Assembly: GCA_947505805.1 (NCBI GenBank) | Contig: CANNMA010000003.1 | Span: 1-41,441 of the forward strand | Length of the DNA stretch: 41,441 nt | Source: a bacterium | Lineage (GTDB): Bacteria > Babelota > Babeliae > Babelales > CAIQNR01 | Reading direction: 5' to 3' | Shown here: positions 1 to 9,526 of the stretch, in pieces | How positions within the stretch are numbered: position 1 is the first letter of the stretch | Layout of the letters: the number at the start of each line of letters is the position of its first letter | Made by a program: the position numbers and the translations under genes | The notes under the pieces: generated by a model | The model's input: the letters and a program-made list of their open reading frames with translations, nothing else | Database searches by the model: none | What the model was told of the DNA's origin: nothing

Positions 1-102
1 CCACCATGACCACCATGACCACCATGACCATCGTGACCACCATGACCACCATGACCATCGTGACCATCGTGACCACCGTGACCATCGTGACCATCGTGAC
101 CA
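1..102 (-). repeat. 9-nt tandem repeat GGTCA(C/T)G(A/G)T encoding GHG/GHD
   Basis: Visible on + strand as repeated accatgacc / atcgtgacc / accgtgacc units. Confidence 0.9.
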
Positions 103-347
103 CCGCCATGACCAGCGTGACTTCCACCGCCGTGTCCGTGAGCTGCACCGCCACCGTGACCTCCATGAGCTGCAGCAGCATGACCACCACCGCCACCCAT
201 TCCGCGTCCACCGCCACCGCGTCCACCGCCACCGTGACCACCGCCACCGCCATGACCACCGCCTCCGTGACCTATAAGATCATTATTCATTAATCCAATT
301 GATGTCAGCAGAACGAGAAGAAAGGGTATATTTTTTTGTAACTTCAT
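1..347 (-). CDS. Exported His/Gly-rich repeat protein (3' end runs off the window)
   Basis: Manual translation of the minus strand from ATG at 347 (GGAGA SD just upstream): MKLQKNIPFLLVLLTSIGLMNNDLIGHGGGGHGGGGGHGGGGRGGGGRGMGGGGGHAAAAHGGHGGGAAHGHGGGSHAGHGGGHDGHDGHGGHDGHDGHGGHGGHDGHGGHGGHG..., open to the edge; signal-peptide-like N-terminus. Confidence 0.85.
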   Translation of the reverse strand, partial: MKLQKNIPFLLVLLTSIGLMNNDLIGHGGGGHGGGGGHGGGGRGGGGRGMGGGGGHAAAAHGGHGGGAAHGHGGGSHAGHGGGHDGHDGHGGHDGHDGHGGHGGHDGHGGHGGHG

Positions 348-468
348 GACTGTTCTCCATTAAATTAGGCAAGCAGAAAGAGGGTATACGCGGGGTTCTT
401 TCTGCTTTAGTTTTTCTCCATTTCCCCAAATTAATCCGCCATAGCGTTATGCGATGTTGGATTGACTG

Positions 469-990
469 TTATAAATCTTTTTCGATATTCATAATATCTT
501 GATCAACATCAGTTTCTACGCGTTGCATTAACGATTTGTTTTTCATAGAACCTTGATTCATAGTTTTATTAGACGACTGTGAAGATGATTTTTTGAGTTG
601 TCCTTGTAATGTTTGAACGTTAGTTTCTAAATTTTTAATTTCTTTGCGTGCCATTCTCAATTGCTCATTGAGGCTATCTTCTTTTTTCTTGAGTGCTTGT
701 ACTTGGTCTTCTAGTGAATCAATCATGTCATAAGCTTTTTTTAATTTTTTATTAAGACGATCATTTTCAAGATCAAGGTTTCTGTAAGCAGCATTATCAT
801 TATCAGCAGAAGCAGACGACGATGAATTGTTATTTGAGGAATTTGCTACACTTGATCCGATGTAAGAACCTAAAAATGAACCCCCAAGAGAAGCACCAAA
901 GGTTTTACCTCCTCCTTTTGCATTAACGTTTCCGGCTCCAGTTATTGAAAGTAAAATAATCGTAAATAAACCTATTGATATTTTCTTCAT
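469..990 (-). CDS. Hypothetical exported protein with glycine-zipper segment and coiled coil
   Basis: Signal peptide MKKISIGLFTIILLSITGAGNVNA; GASLGGSFLGSYIG; Ser/Asn linker; heptad-rich region; AAGGAG SD. Confidence 0.8.
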   Translation of the reverse strand: MKKISIGLFTIILLSITGAGNVNAKGGGKTFGASLGGSFLGSYIGSSVANSSNNNSSSSASADNDNAAYRNLDLENDRLNKKLKKAYDMIDSLEDQVQALKKKEDSLNEQLRMARKEIKNLETNVQTLQGQLKKSSSQSSNKTMNQGSMKNKSLMQRVETDVDQDIMNIEKDL

Positions 991-1136
991 ATAATCTCCT
1001 TTGGTCTAAAAGACCTGTATTTAAAGAATTTTAGGCTCAATTACATTAATTGAGACTTCTAATATAAATATACAAATAGAAAATATGTAAAATCAAGAAA
1101 ATAGAGGTGAGAGGATTTTTTTACTAAAAAATAAGC

Positions 1137-2531
1137 TTATTTTAAAGAGGTCAGTAGTTTAGAAGCAAGTTTATTAATATTTCCGGCTCCTTGCAGCAAA
1201 ATAAGGTCTCCTTCACATACCAGTGAAGCAAGATGTTGCTGGAGCAAAGTAAAATCAGAATCATAAGAAATATAGAAAACTGGTGCATGTGGATTGAGCT
1301 TAAGAGCGTCACTATAAAGATTGTGACCAGTTATATCATCAACGGGATTTTCACTTGAAGCGTAAATATCGGTTACAATGATGTGATCAGCTTGAACTGT
1401 TGCAAGAAGTTGAACAAAATCATTCCAGAGTGTTTTTGTTCGGCTGTAGCGATGGGGTTGAAATACCAGAATTAATTTATTTTTTACTCGTTTACGCGCA
1501 ACAGCAACAGTACATTGAATTTCAGTAGGGTGATGGCCGTAATCATCAAAAATTTCAGCACCTTGAAATGTTCCTTTAAGGGTGAATCGACGATCTACTC
1601 CTGTAAATGTTTGTAAAGCATGTGCAATTATTTCTAATGAAATTCCCGCTTTGTAGGCAGCAGCACATGCAGCAAGACTGTTTAAAACATTATGTATTCC
1701 AGGGATAGATAGTGTAATAAGTCCCAAAGGAAGATTTTTGTGTAGTAATTGGTAACAAGAATGATCAGATTCAAGTGATAGATTGTTAAAGCTCCAATCT
1801 GCATCAGGTGATGATCCATAAGTAGTTGTTGAAACTGATTCTAACGGTAAAAGAGATCTAATTTGTGCGTCATCGATACAAACTATGGCATTTCCATAAA
1901 AGGGTGTTTTTTGTAAAAATTGACGGAATGTTTCAGTGACATCATGTAAATTTTTATAGGTTCCTAAATGTTCTCTATCGATGTTGGTAAGTATGGATAG
2001 TGTTGGAAATAGGTGAAGAAGTGATCGGTCGCTTTCATCAGTTTCTGTTATTAAAAATTGCCCATTACCATTACGGGCGTTCGATTCTATACTATGTAAA
2101 TAGCCACCAATTACAATAGTGGGGTCTTGTTTAGCAGTTATGAAAATATGGGAGAGTAAAGATGTTGTCGTTGTTTTGCCATGAGATCCAGCAACTGCGA
2201 TGGTGTAGGCTGTTCGGGTCAGTTCGGCGAGCATAACGCCACGAGTTATGGTGGTAATACCGCGAGTACGAGCTCGTACTAATTCAGGGTGAGAAGTTGG
2301 TACGTCGGATGAGTATACAACGGTATCAATAGTTTGATCGTGGCATAAAGAACCATTGTTACCGACTTCTATAAGACAGCCTATTTTTTGCAAATCAAGA
2401 ATACTTTTTTGTGTGCATTGTGGATCGCAACCAGAAATGATATAGCCACGTTCTGAAAGTATTTTTGCGATTCCACTCATTCCTATGCCGCCTATTCCGA
2501 CAAAATGAATATGTTTTTCCTTGGTATACAT
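1137..2531 (-). CDS. murC: UDP-N-acetylmuramate--L-alanine ligase
   Basis: IHFVGIGGIGMSGIA, GSHGKTTT, ETDESD, DDYGHHPTEI, FQPHRYSRT motifs. Confidence 0.97.
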   Translation of the reverse strand: MYTKEKHIHFVGIGGIGMSGIAKILSERGYIISGCDPQCTQKSILDLQKIGCLIEVGNNGSLCHDQTIDTVVYSSDVPTSHPELVRARTRGITTITRGVMLAELTRTAYTIAVAGSHGKTTTTSLLSHIFITAKQDPTIVIGGYLHSIESNARNGNGQFLITETDESDRSLLHLFPTLSILTNIDREHLGTYKNLHDVTETFRQFLQKTPFYGNAIVCIDDAQIRSLLPLESVSTTTYGSSPDADWSFNNLSLESDHSCYQLLHKNLPLGLITLSIPGIHNVLNSLAACAAAYKAGISLEIIAHALQTFTGVDRRFTLKGTFQGAEIFDDYGHHPTEIQCTVAVARKRVKNKLILVFQPHRYSRTKTLWNDFVQLLATVQADHIIVTDIYASSENPVDDITGHNLYSDALKLNPHAPVFYISYDSDFTLLQQHLASLVCEGDLILLQGAGNINKLASKLLTSLK

Positions 2532-2602
2532 AGTTTTGCGACCATCTTATAAAATTAATCAATACGCTATTGTATAGCAAAAATAACGATAGATGTAAAA
2601 AT

Positions 2603-2968
2603 TCAAGCTGAAAGAATCTCTTTTAAAGAGATGATTTTTTCACGTAAAGAAAGAATTTTTTGTAACTGAATTTTTGAAGTAGATGAAGGTTTTTTTTCTT
2701 CAATAACAGTTCGATGTGACCCAATGATAGAAGTGTCATTTTTTTTGAACTGCTTTTTTGCTCCAGCAATAGTAAAACCTTGTTCATAGAGTAATGTTTT
2801 TATGGATTGAAATTTTTCTAAATCTTTTTTTTCATAAAATCTTTGGCCTCCTTCAGAGCGGCTTCCGGTAACATTAAATTCTTTTTCCCAGAATCTAATA
2901 ACAAACTGTTCAACCCCAAGATTTTTTGCAAGTTCACCAATGCGAAACTGTTTTTTTTGCATTTTCAT
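2603..2968 (-). CDS. MerR-family HTH transcriptional regulator
   Basis: FRIGELA...VIRFWEKEF...RSEGGQRFY...LLYEQGFTIAGAK MerR HTH pattern; AAGGAG SD. Confidence 0.9.
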   Translation of the reverse strand: MKMQKKQFRIGELAKNLGVEQFVIRFWEKEFNVTGSRSEGGQRFYEKKDLEKFQSIKTLLYEQGFTIAGAKKQFKKNDTSIIGSHRTVIEEKKPSSTSKIQLQKILSLREKIISLKEILSA

Positions 2969-3146
2969 CTCTTATTCTCCTTTAAAAATAACCTGTAAAA
3001 GCTTCTGCTTTGTTATAGCTGAACTGTTACTTTATGTAAATTTTTACAAAATAAGCTCTATAATATGGTAGCGGAGATAGATCTTTAGTGGTATTCTTGA
3101 GCATCTAAAGTCTATAAATTATGATTCGTAAGTTGAGGAATTGTGC

Positions 3147-4625
3147 ATGAATAAGCCATTATTGTTTGGATTAATACTTTTTTCATTGGGAGTTCAAATT
3201 GGGTTACAGATGTATCTTTCAAATCGAAAAGTTCAGATTAAGGAGGAGCAACAGGAGCTGCATCTAGAAGTTCTTTTTGCACAGGAGCATGATCATAAAG
3301 AAGAGATAACATCTTTGAAGTTGCCGTACGCTCATATGAAATTTAGTAATAAAGGTGGAGCGCTTTCAGATCTTACGTATCTTAGAAATATGGATGGAGA
3401 TATGCAGGAGTTTGTTATTCTTGCAGCAGATAATGCTCAAGAGCGCGAACAGCAAGCATTTTTGGTAGCACTTGATGATAAGACCCCTTACCATTATGAA
3501 CTTGCAGGAGTTGAAGAAACAGAGATAGGGCATACTATTTCTTACCAACATGTTGGTCATGGTGCGGATATTCAAAAGCAATTTTTTGTACATAAAGATA
3601 AACAACAAATTGATTTGAAATTAACGGTTAAACCTCATGCAACGACAAAAGTGCGGTTGCTTTGGCCTTCACCAGTTTTAAAGGGCCTTGGTGAAGATGA
3701 GGTTCTTGATGGATTTGCTTTGAGTAAAAAAGATGATTTTTCTAAGATTACTCAGAAAAAAATTAATTCGATGCAGTATGCACAGCCAATTTTGTTTGGG
3801 GTTGAAGATAAGTATTTTGTGTATGCAATGACTGCTGACCCTCAGCATTTTACTCAACGTGGGTATTTCAAAGACGTTGATAAGCGGTTGCTTGCTATTC
3901 TAGAAAGTGGTGAAATTCAAGAAGAAACGACCTGGTCAGTATCATTTTATTGCGGTCCAAAACAGGCTGCTGCAATGGGACTTGTTGATTCGCGTTTAGA
4001 GAAAGTTTTTGATTATGGATTTTTTGGTTTTATAGCAAAACCGTTACTCAAATTTTTGAGATGGGTTAATGGAATTGTTCATAATTATGGTTTTGCAATT
4101 TTGCTTGTTACTTTGCTTTTAAAGCTTATTTTATTGCCATTTACTTGGAGTAGTGCTCGAAAAATGAAGCGTCTTCAAGAATATCAACGCAAGATGGAAT
4201 ATCTTCAACAAAAATATAAACATAACAAAGAGGCTCTTGATGCTGCTCGTATGGAGCTTATGCAAAAAGATGGGCTTCCTCTTGGTGGCTGTTTAACAGC
4301 ACTTTTACCGATTCCATTTTTAGTTGCATTGCAAAGTGGGCTTAGTAATTCATTAGAGCTGTATAGAGCGCCATTTGTTTTTTGGATAAAAGATTTATCT
4401 GCAGCAGACCCTTATTATGTACTACCATTTTTGATGACAGTATTTTTCTTGTTGAGTGGTGCCATGGGTGGTAAATCTGCTAGACAAAATATTGGAGCAT
4501 TTATTATGGCAATTGTGATGTTTGCACTTACTTCTAATTTGGCAGCAGGATTATGTCTTTGTATTGTTGCTAATATTGGTCTTCACGTGCTTCAGACAGC
4601 ATTGCAAAAAGCGATTGATGCATGA
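3147..4625 (+). CDS. yidC: Membrane protein insertase YidC
   Basis: N-terminal TM, periplasmic domain, DYGFFG, NYGFAI, PLGGCL, FWIKDLSAADPYYVLP; ATG 3147 preferred to TTG 3141 by SD (GAGG) spacing. Confidence 0.93.
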   Translation: MNKPLLFGLILFSLGVQIGLQMYLSNRKVQIKEEQQELHLEVLFAQEHDHKEEITSLKLPYAHMKFSNKGGALSDLTYLRNMDGDMQEFVILAADNAQEREQQAFLVALDDKTPYHYELAGVEETEIGHTISYQHVGHGADIQKQFFVHKDKQQIDLKLTVKPHATTKVRLLWPSPVLKGLGEDEVLDGFALSKKDDFSKITQKKINSMQYAQPILFGVEDKYFVYAMTADPQHFTQRGYFKDVDKRLLAILESGEIQEETTWSVSFYCGPKQAAAMGLVDSRLEKVFDYGFFGFIAKPLLKFLRWVNGIVHNYGFAILLVTLLLKLILLPFTWSSARKMKRLQEYQRKMEYLQQKYKHNKEALDAARMELMQKDGLPLGGCLTALLPIPFLVALQSGLSNSLELYRAPFVFWIKDLSAADPYYVLPFLMTVFFLLSGAMGGKSARQNIGAFIMAIVMFALTSNLAAGLCLCIVANIGLHVLQTALQKAIDA

Positions 4626-5224
4626 TTCATAAACTTCCAACGTTAGCTCATTTATGCAAGGCATTGCAGCAGGTTCCGTATCTTGCTTCTAAAAATTTGT
4701 ATCGGGTGGCAACCTATTTTTTGTTGAGTGATCAAAAAAAAATAGATTCATTTTGTTTAGCCCTCTTGGCAGCAAAACGAAATATCATTCTTTGCCCAAT
4801 TTGTTGTGTATGGAAAGAACGTGAAAAACCTTGTGTTTTTTGTGATGATCAGTCTCGTGATCATGCATTGATCTGCGTGGTTGAAACTTGGCAAGAACTT
4901 ATGGCAATTGAAAAAACAGAAGGATACAAGGGATTGTATCATGTTCTTGGCGGAACAATTTGCCCACTTGAAGGTGTTGGGCCAGAAGATCTTTCAATAG
5001 ATGCTTTGGTTAAAAGAGTTCAGGGTAGTACGGTAACCGAAATTATTTTAGCAACTAATCAGACTCCTGAAGGTGAAGCAACTGCGATGTATGTTGCTCG
5101 CAAACTCAAAGAAACTGGTATAAAAGTGTCTTGCCTAGCTCGTGGAATGCCAGTAGGAGCGGTACTTGAAGGCTTAGATAAGTTGACAGTATATAAGGCT
5201 CTTGCAGAGCGACGCCTTTTTTAA
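4622..5224 (+). CDS. recR: Recombination mediator RecR
   Basis: C4 zinc finger CPIC...CVFC, ICVVE, YHVLGG, TPEGEATA TOPRIM motifs. Confidence 0.96.
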   Translation: MIHKLPTLAHLCKALQQVPYLASKNLYRVATYFLLSDQKKIDSFCLALLAAKRNIILCPICCVWKEREKPCVFCDDQSRDHALICVVETWQELMAIEKTEGYKGLYHVLGGTICPLEGVGPEDLSIDALVKRVQGSTVTEIILATNQTPEGEATAMYVARKLKETGIKVSCLARGMPVGAVLEGLDKLTVYKALAERRLF

Positions 5225-5245
5225 ATTATAAAGAAAGGATCTTAG

Positions 5246-6541
5246 ATGAATAGTAAGATGTTGGAAGAACTGATGGTGCGACCGGTGCGTCGTAAAGAAC
5301 TTATTGAAAAGATAGTTCATACGTATCCAGGTAAAAAAGGTACGATTTTGTTTTCAGCAGGTTTTGAGCGCGATCGTGAGCCTTTTTTTCAAGATAGTTC
5401 GTTTTATTACTTTGTAGGAATTTTAGAACCAGCGATCATTTTTATGCAGCCATTAGATGGTGTTCCTGTGTTGTATGAACCTTGTTATACGGTTAAACGA
5501 TCTGTTTGGTTGCCTAATAAAAAAACAAAAGAAACGATGGAAGCTGTTGGTGTTTCTGAAGTTGTACTCATGGGGAAAGAGGTTTCTGGGTATTCTTTTG
5601 GGCCATTTTTTACTAAAGAATCGGTTGAAAAGGTTGTTGCTCAATTGCAAAAATTGGTGAGTTCTGGTCAGTATCTTTTTACTCCTCTTTCGTCAATTGA
5701 TAATGAGTGTTTATGGGTTATCAGACAACTTTGTCAGTATGTTCCGGGTTTAGAAGAGCAACTGATAGATATTTCTTACTTAATTGGAGAGATACGTAGA
5801 AAAAAATCAATGCAAGAACTTGAACATATGTATCGTGCAATTGAGATTACTGCAGCGGCTCAGGAAGCGGCAGTAGAAACAATAGAGCCAGGAGTTGAAG
5901 AAGCATTAGTTCAAGCATCAATTGATTATATTTTTACACAGGGTAAAGCGGTTAATGCCTTTCCAAGCATTGTTGGTAGTGGCAAAAATAGTACTGTGTT
6001 GCATTATGTTGATAATGCAGATGTTATGAAAGCGGGCGATCTGGTTGTTGTTGATATTGGGGCTTCGTATAGTCATTATGCAGCCGATGTTACGAGAACT
6101 TATCCTGTTTCAGGAACATACAGCAAACGTCAAAAACAAGTGTATACGATGGTTCTTGAAGCTCAGGCTCATGTGGCAGATCATGCAAGGCCGGGTATGT
6201 ATTTAAATAATTCAGATTATCCAAAGAGATCATTGCATCATATAGCAAAGGCATTTTTTGCTGAGCATGGAGTTTCAGACTATTTTCCGCATGGAATAGG
6301 TCATTTTGTGGGGCTTGATGTCCATGATGTTGGTGACGTTAAAAAACCTCTTCAGGTGGGTGATGTGATTACTATTGAACCAGGGCTTTATTTTTCAGAA
6401 GAAAACCTTGGTATTAGAATTGAGGATATGTACTGGATAGTGGAAGAGGGTTCTATGTGCTTAACTGATGGAATTACAAAAGATAGTACGGAGATTGAGG
6501 CTATTATGGCGGCAGCTCAAAGAGATGATGACGAGCTATAA
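5246..6541 (+). CDS. pepP: Xaa-Pro aminopeptidase (M24B)
   Basis: QDSSFYYF N-domain; LHY, DIGA, DVTRT, HGIGH..GLDVHD, TIEPGLY, GIRIED metal-ligand motifs. Confidence 0.92.
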   Translation: MNSKMLEELMVRPVRRKELIEKIVHTYPGKKGTILFSAGFERDREPFFQDSSFYYFVGILEPAIIFMQPLDGVPVLYEPCYTVKRSVWLPNKKTKETMEAVGVSEVVLMGKEVSGYSFGPFFTKESVEKVVAQLQKLVSSGQYLFTPLSSIDNECLWVIRQLCQYVPGLEEQLIDISYLIGEIRRKKSMQELEHMYRAIEITAAAQEAAVETIEPGVEEALVQASIDYIFTQGKAVNAFPSIVGSGKNSTVLHYVDNADVMKAGDLVVVDIGASYSHYAADVTRTYPVSGTYSKRQKQVYTMVLEAQAHVADHARPGMYLNNSDYPKRSLHHIAKAFFAEHGVSDYFPHGIGHFVGLDVHDVGDVKKPLQVGDVITIEPGLYFSEENLGIRIEDMYWIVEEGSMCLTDGITKDSTEIEAIMAAAQRDDDEL

Positions 6542-6566
6542 AAGCTACTGGGAAAGGTTTTTGGAT

Positions 6567-6595
6567 TTGACCGTATTGTAGTTTTCGCGTATTGT
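6567..6595 (+). promoter_or_regulatory. Putative sigma70 promoter of rplM
   Basis: TTGACC-17 nt-TATTGT about 65 nt upstream of the ATG. Confidence 0.5.
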
Positions 6596-6660
6596 ATAAG
6601 AATCCGTTCATTTTGTATAAATAAGATAGTTTCGAAAAATTAAAGTTTAAGGGTAATGGT

Positions 6661-7107
6661 ATGTCTATCGACATGAATAAAATGTTCAATTTGCGCAAAG
6701 AAGATGCAGAACCTCGTTGGCATTTAATCGATGCTAAAGGTAAAATTCTAGGAAGATTAGCGACTGAAGTGGCAGATCTTTTGCGTGGCAAGGGCAAACC
6801 GACCTATACGCCTCACTCAGCTGATGGTGACTATGTTGTTATTATCAATGCTGAAAAAGTTGTTCTTACCGGAAATAAGCTTGAAGGTAAGATCTATCAA
6901 CGTGTGACTGGTTGGATGGGTGGTAAAAAAGAAGTTACAGCAAAGCATGTAATGTCGACGTTTCCAACTCGTATTATTACGCATGCTGTTGAAGGCATGA
7001 TGGCTGATAACATCTTGAATGCTCGCATGATCAGAAATTTGAAAGTGTATGTTGGGACAGAACACCCACATGCAGCTCAATTTACAACGGCAAATTCAGC
7101 TGTTTAG
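6661..7107 (+). CDS. rplM: 50S ribosomal protein L13
   Basis: WHLIDA, LGRLA, LRGKGKPTYTPH, DGDYVVIINAEKV, HPHAAQ. Confidence 0.97.
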   Translation: MSIDMNKMFNLRKEDAEPRWHLIDAKGKILGRLATEVADLLRGKGKPTYTPHSADGDYVVIINAEKVVLTGNKLEGKIYQRVTGWMGGKKEVTAKHVMSTFPTRIITHAVEGMMADNILNARMIRNLKVYVGTEHPHAAQFTTANSAV

Positions 7108-7129
7108 TTTTGAACTACATTTTTAATAA

Positions 7130-7162
7130 AATAAAGCCCCGAGTTTTCGGGGCTTATTTTTT
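7130..7162. terminator. Bidirectional intrinsic terminator between rplM and rseP
   Basis: aataaAGCCCCGAgtttTCGGGGCTtatttttt between convergent genes. Confidence 0.85.
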
Positions 7163-7190
7163 AGTTAAAATACTTAGTTGAGAAAATCAA

Positions 7191-8276
7191 TTAAAAGAAG
7201 AGATTTCCTAGGTCTTTGATAGTTAGGTATACAAAGAGAAAAATCATTAATATCCAGCTGAAATAATGCATTCCAACGTTAAATTGTTCAGGGAGTGGTC
7301 GTTGAATAATTGCTTCCAAAGTATAAGTGAAAATTCTTCCCCCATCTAAAATAGGAAGAGGAATAACATTAATAACGGCAAGGGTGATGCTGATTAGGGT
7401 TAAAAATATAAGAAATAGTTTGATGCCTTGCCCTGCGCTGGCAATTGTCAAAGATATCATCATTAAGGGGCCTGCAAGATTTTGAGTGCTTTTTTTCTTA
7501 AAGGCTTGCATAAGACCTGTTACCGTTGCGTTAATAAGTTCTAATGTTAGTTTAAAGCTCTGTTTAATTGCTCCTACAAATGAAATTGGAGCAAGTGATG
7601 GAAATGAAAATTCTTCAATACCAAGAATTCCCTGAGTTTTTCCTTTTGCGTCTCGTGAACCAATTATGGTGGAAGTTGATTGTTCAATTCCATTTCGCTT
7701 AAAAGTAATAATGGCTTCTTTTTCAGCCAAAGGAGCGAGTGCTTCAAATAATTTGTTGATGTGGCCAGTAACGGAAATACCATTAATTGTTAAAAGCTCG
7801 TCTCCCGATTCAAGATGAGCTTTTTGTGCGGGCGAATCGAGCATAATTTTTTTAATGGTGTAAGAGCCATTGTGTATTAAAAAAGGGTTTGCAGGAATGC
7901 CTGAAAGTGACAGGCCAAAAAGAATTACAAAGCCAAAAATAAGGTTAAAAAATATTCCACCGCACGCTATAAACATTTTTTGCCAATAGGGCTTAGAGTC
8001 CATATATCGGTCTTTTGAAATTGATTCAGTTTGTCCCATTTCTGCTTCTACATATCCTCCTATAGGGATAAGTGATAAAGTGAAAGTGGTTTCGCCCCAT
8101 TTCTTTTTTATAATTTGTGGTCCAAATCCAATAGAAAAAGTGGGTACATGGACGTTAAAGAGTTTGCAGAAAATAAAGTGCCCAAGTTCATGAAATGCGA
8201 TGACGCTTCCTAGTCCTGTAATTCCTGCTATAATAAAAGGAAGATTTTGGAAAAACCATGTTCCCTGTGGTAGCAT
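7191..8276 (-). CDS. rseP: RseP-like M50 intramembrane zinc metalloprotease with PDZ domain
   Basis: HELGH, FSIGFGP, IPIGGYV, NVIPLPILDGG; start moved to ATG 8276 behind AAGGAG SD. Confidence 0.92.
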   Translation of the reverse strand: MLPQGTWFFQNLPFIIAGITGLGSVIAFHELGHFIFCKLFNVHVPTFSIGFGPQIIKKKWGETTFTLSLIPIGGYVEAEMGQTESISKDRYMDSKPYWQKMFIACGGIFFNLIFGFVILFGLSLSGIPANPFLIHNGSYTIKKIMLDSPAQKAHLESGDELLTINGISVTGHINKLFEALAPLAEKEAIITFKRNGIEQSTSTIIGSRDAKGKTQGILGIEEFSFPSLAPISFVGAIKQSFKLTLELINATVTGLMQAFKKKSTQNLAGPLMMISLTIASAGQGIKLFLIFLTLISITLAVINVIPLPILDGGRIFTYTLEAIIQRPLPEQFNVGMHYFSWILMIFLFVYLTIKDLGNLFF

Positions 8277-8474
8277 AATAAGCTCCTTTGTGGCTGATAA
8301 AATAGATATATACACTATGACAGTCATTACTCTAGCAAGGAACATTCGACCCGTCTATGATGGATGGGGGGTTGCGAAGCTTGTTTTTTTTGAAAATAAG
8401 CCGTAAATCAGTAGTTAGCGAAATTAATGTTTAAATTGGTTGACAGAGAGTTTTCTTTGTCTGCGTTGTTTCCC

Positions 8475-8502
8475 TTGAAAAAAATTACAGAGAGGGTAAA
8501 CT
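8475..8502 (+). promoter_or_regulatory. Putative sigma70 promoter of the ribosomal superoperon
   Basis: TTGAAA-16 nt-TAAACT upstream of rpsL. Confidence 0.45.
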
Positions 8503-8633
8503 ATCGACAGACCTTTAAATGAAATCCCGTTAAAATCTACTGTATGAGTGGTTTCTCTCAGAAAAATATGCGGGGAAAGCCAAGGGAAAAGTTTTGTCCT
8601 TTATTAATCTGTAACTATTAGGAATAAGAAGGT

Positions 8634-9017
8634 ATGCCTACAATAAATCAACTCTGTCGTTTTGGGCGGAAGAAAAGTAAAGATAAGTCCAAAAGCCCTG
8701 CATTGCGTAGCTGTCCTCAGTTGCGAGGAGTTTGTACGCGTGTGTTTACTACAACACCTAAAAAACCAAACTCTGCGTTACGAAAAGTTGCGCGTGTTAA
8801 ATTGTCAACAGGAATGGAAGTAACAGCTTATATTCCTGGAGAAGGACACAATCTTCAAGAACACTCTGTAGTGCTTATACGGGGTGGTAAGGTAAAAGAT
8901 TTACCTGGTGTTAAATATCATATTGTCCGTGGGGCACTTGATACTGCTGGAGTTGCAAACAGAAAGCAGTCTCGTTCCTTGTACGGTGCTAAACGTCCAA
9001 AAAGTACTACTAAATAA
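8634..9017 (+). CDS. rpsL: 30S ribosomal protein S12
   Basis: [29 protein letters not shown]. Confidence 0.99.
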   Translation: MPTINQLCRFGRKKSKDKSKSPALRSCPQLRGVCTRVFTTTPKKPNSALRKVARVKLSTGMEVTAYIPGEGHNLQEHSVVLIRGGKVKDLPGVKYHIVRGALDTAGVANRKQSRSLYGAKRPKSTTK

Positions 9018-9027
9018 GGATTGAGCT

Positions 9028-9510
9028 ATGCCTCGTAGAAAATCAGTTAATCTCAAAAGAGAAATCGGCGTCGACTTGAAGTTTGGTTCACCTTTGATCC
9101 AAAAATTTATCAATGTTGTTATGAAGCAAGGTAAAAAGAGTATCGCTCGCACAATAGTGTATGATGCGCTTGATGTTTTGGTTAAAAAAAATAATGGCGA
9201 TAAGGAAAAAGGACTTAAAATGTTTGAACGTGCGTTTGAAAACGTCGTTCCAGTTATTGAAGTTCGTCCTCGTCGTGTGGGTGGTAGTGTTTATCAGATT
9301 CCTGTAGAAGTTCGACCAGATCGTGCTAATGCTCTTGGAATTCGTTGGCTTATTACGGCCGCTCAATCTCGTTCGGATAAAACAATGGGGCTTCGTTTGG
9401 CTCAAGAATTACTTGAAGCTCATGATGGTCGTGGCGTTGCTGTTAAGAAAAAAGCTGATGTTCATCGTATGGCAGAAGCAAACCGTGCGTTTTCACATTA
9501 CGTTTGGTAA
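9028..9510 (+). CDS. rpsG: 30S ribosomal protein S7
   Basis: [21 protein letters not shown]. Confidence 0.99.
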   Translation: MPRRKSVNLKREIGVDLKFGSPLIQKFINVVMKQGKKSIARTIVYDALDVLVKKNNGDKEKGLKMFERAFENVVPVIEVRPRRVGGSVYQIPVEVRPDRANALGIRWLITAAQSRSDKTMGLRLAQELLEAHDGRGVAVKKKADVHRMAEANRAFSHYVW

Positions 9511-9526
9511 TTAAGGGGAATAAGTA

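Noticed and set aside
6-293. Thr-rich 95-aa + strand ORF
   Set aside because: Antisense shadow of the His/Gly gene, which has the SD, signal peptide and same orientation as its neighbours
3077-3115. Imperfect inverted repeat upstream of yidC as a MerR operator
   Set aside because: Not placed within a recognisable long-spacer MerR-type promoter; may be chance in AT-rich DNA
8346-8378. GC-rich hairpin cccgtcta-tga-tggatggg between rseP and rpsL
   Set aside because: Short, dependent on G-U pairs, and no recognisable RNA family
8548-8582. Possible ribosomal leader hairpin upstream of rpsL
   Set aside because: Weak bulged stem; cannot be supported without covariation
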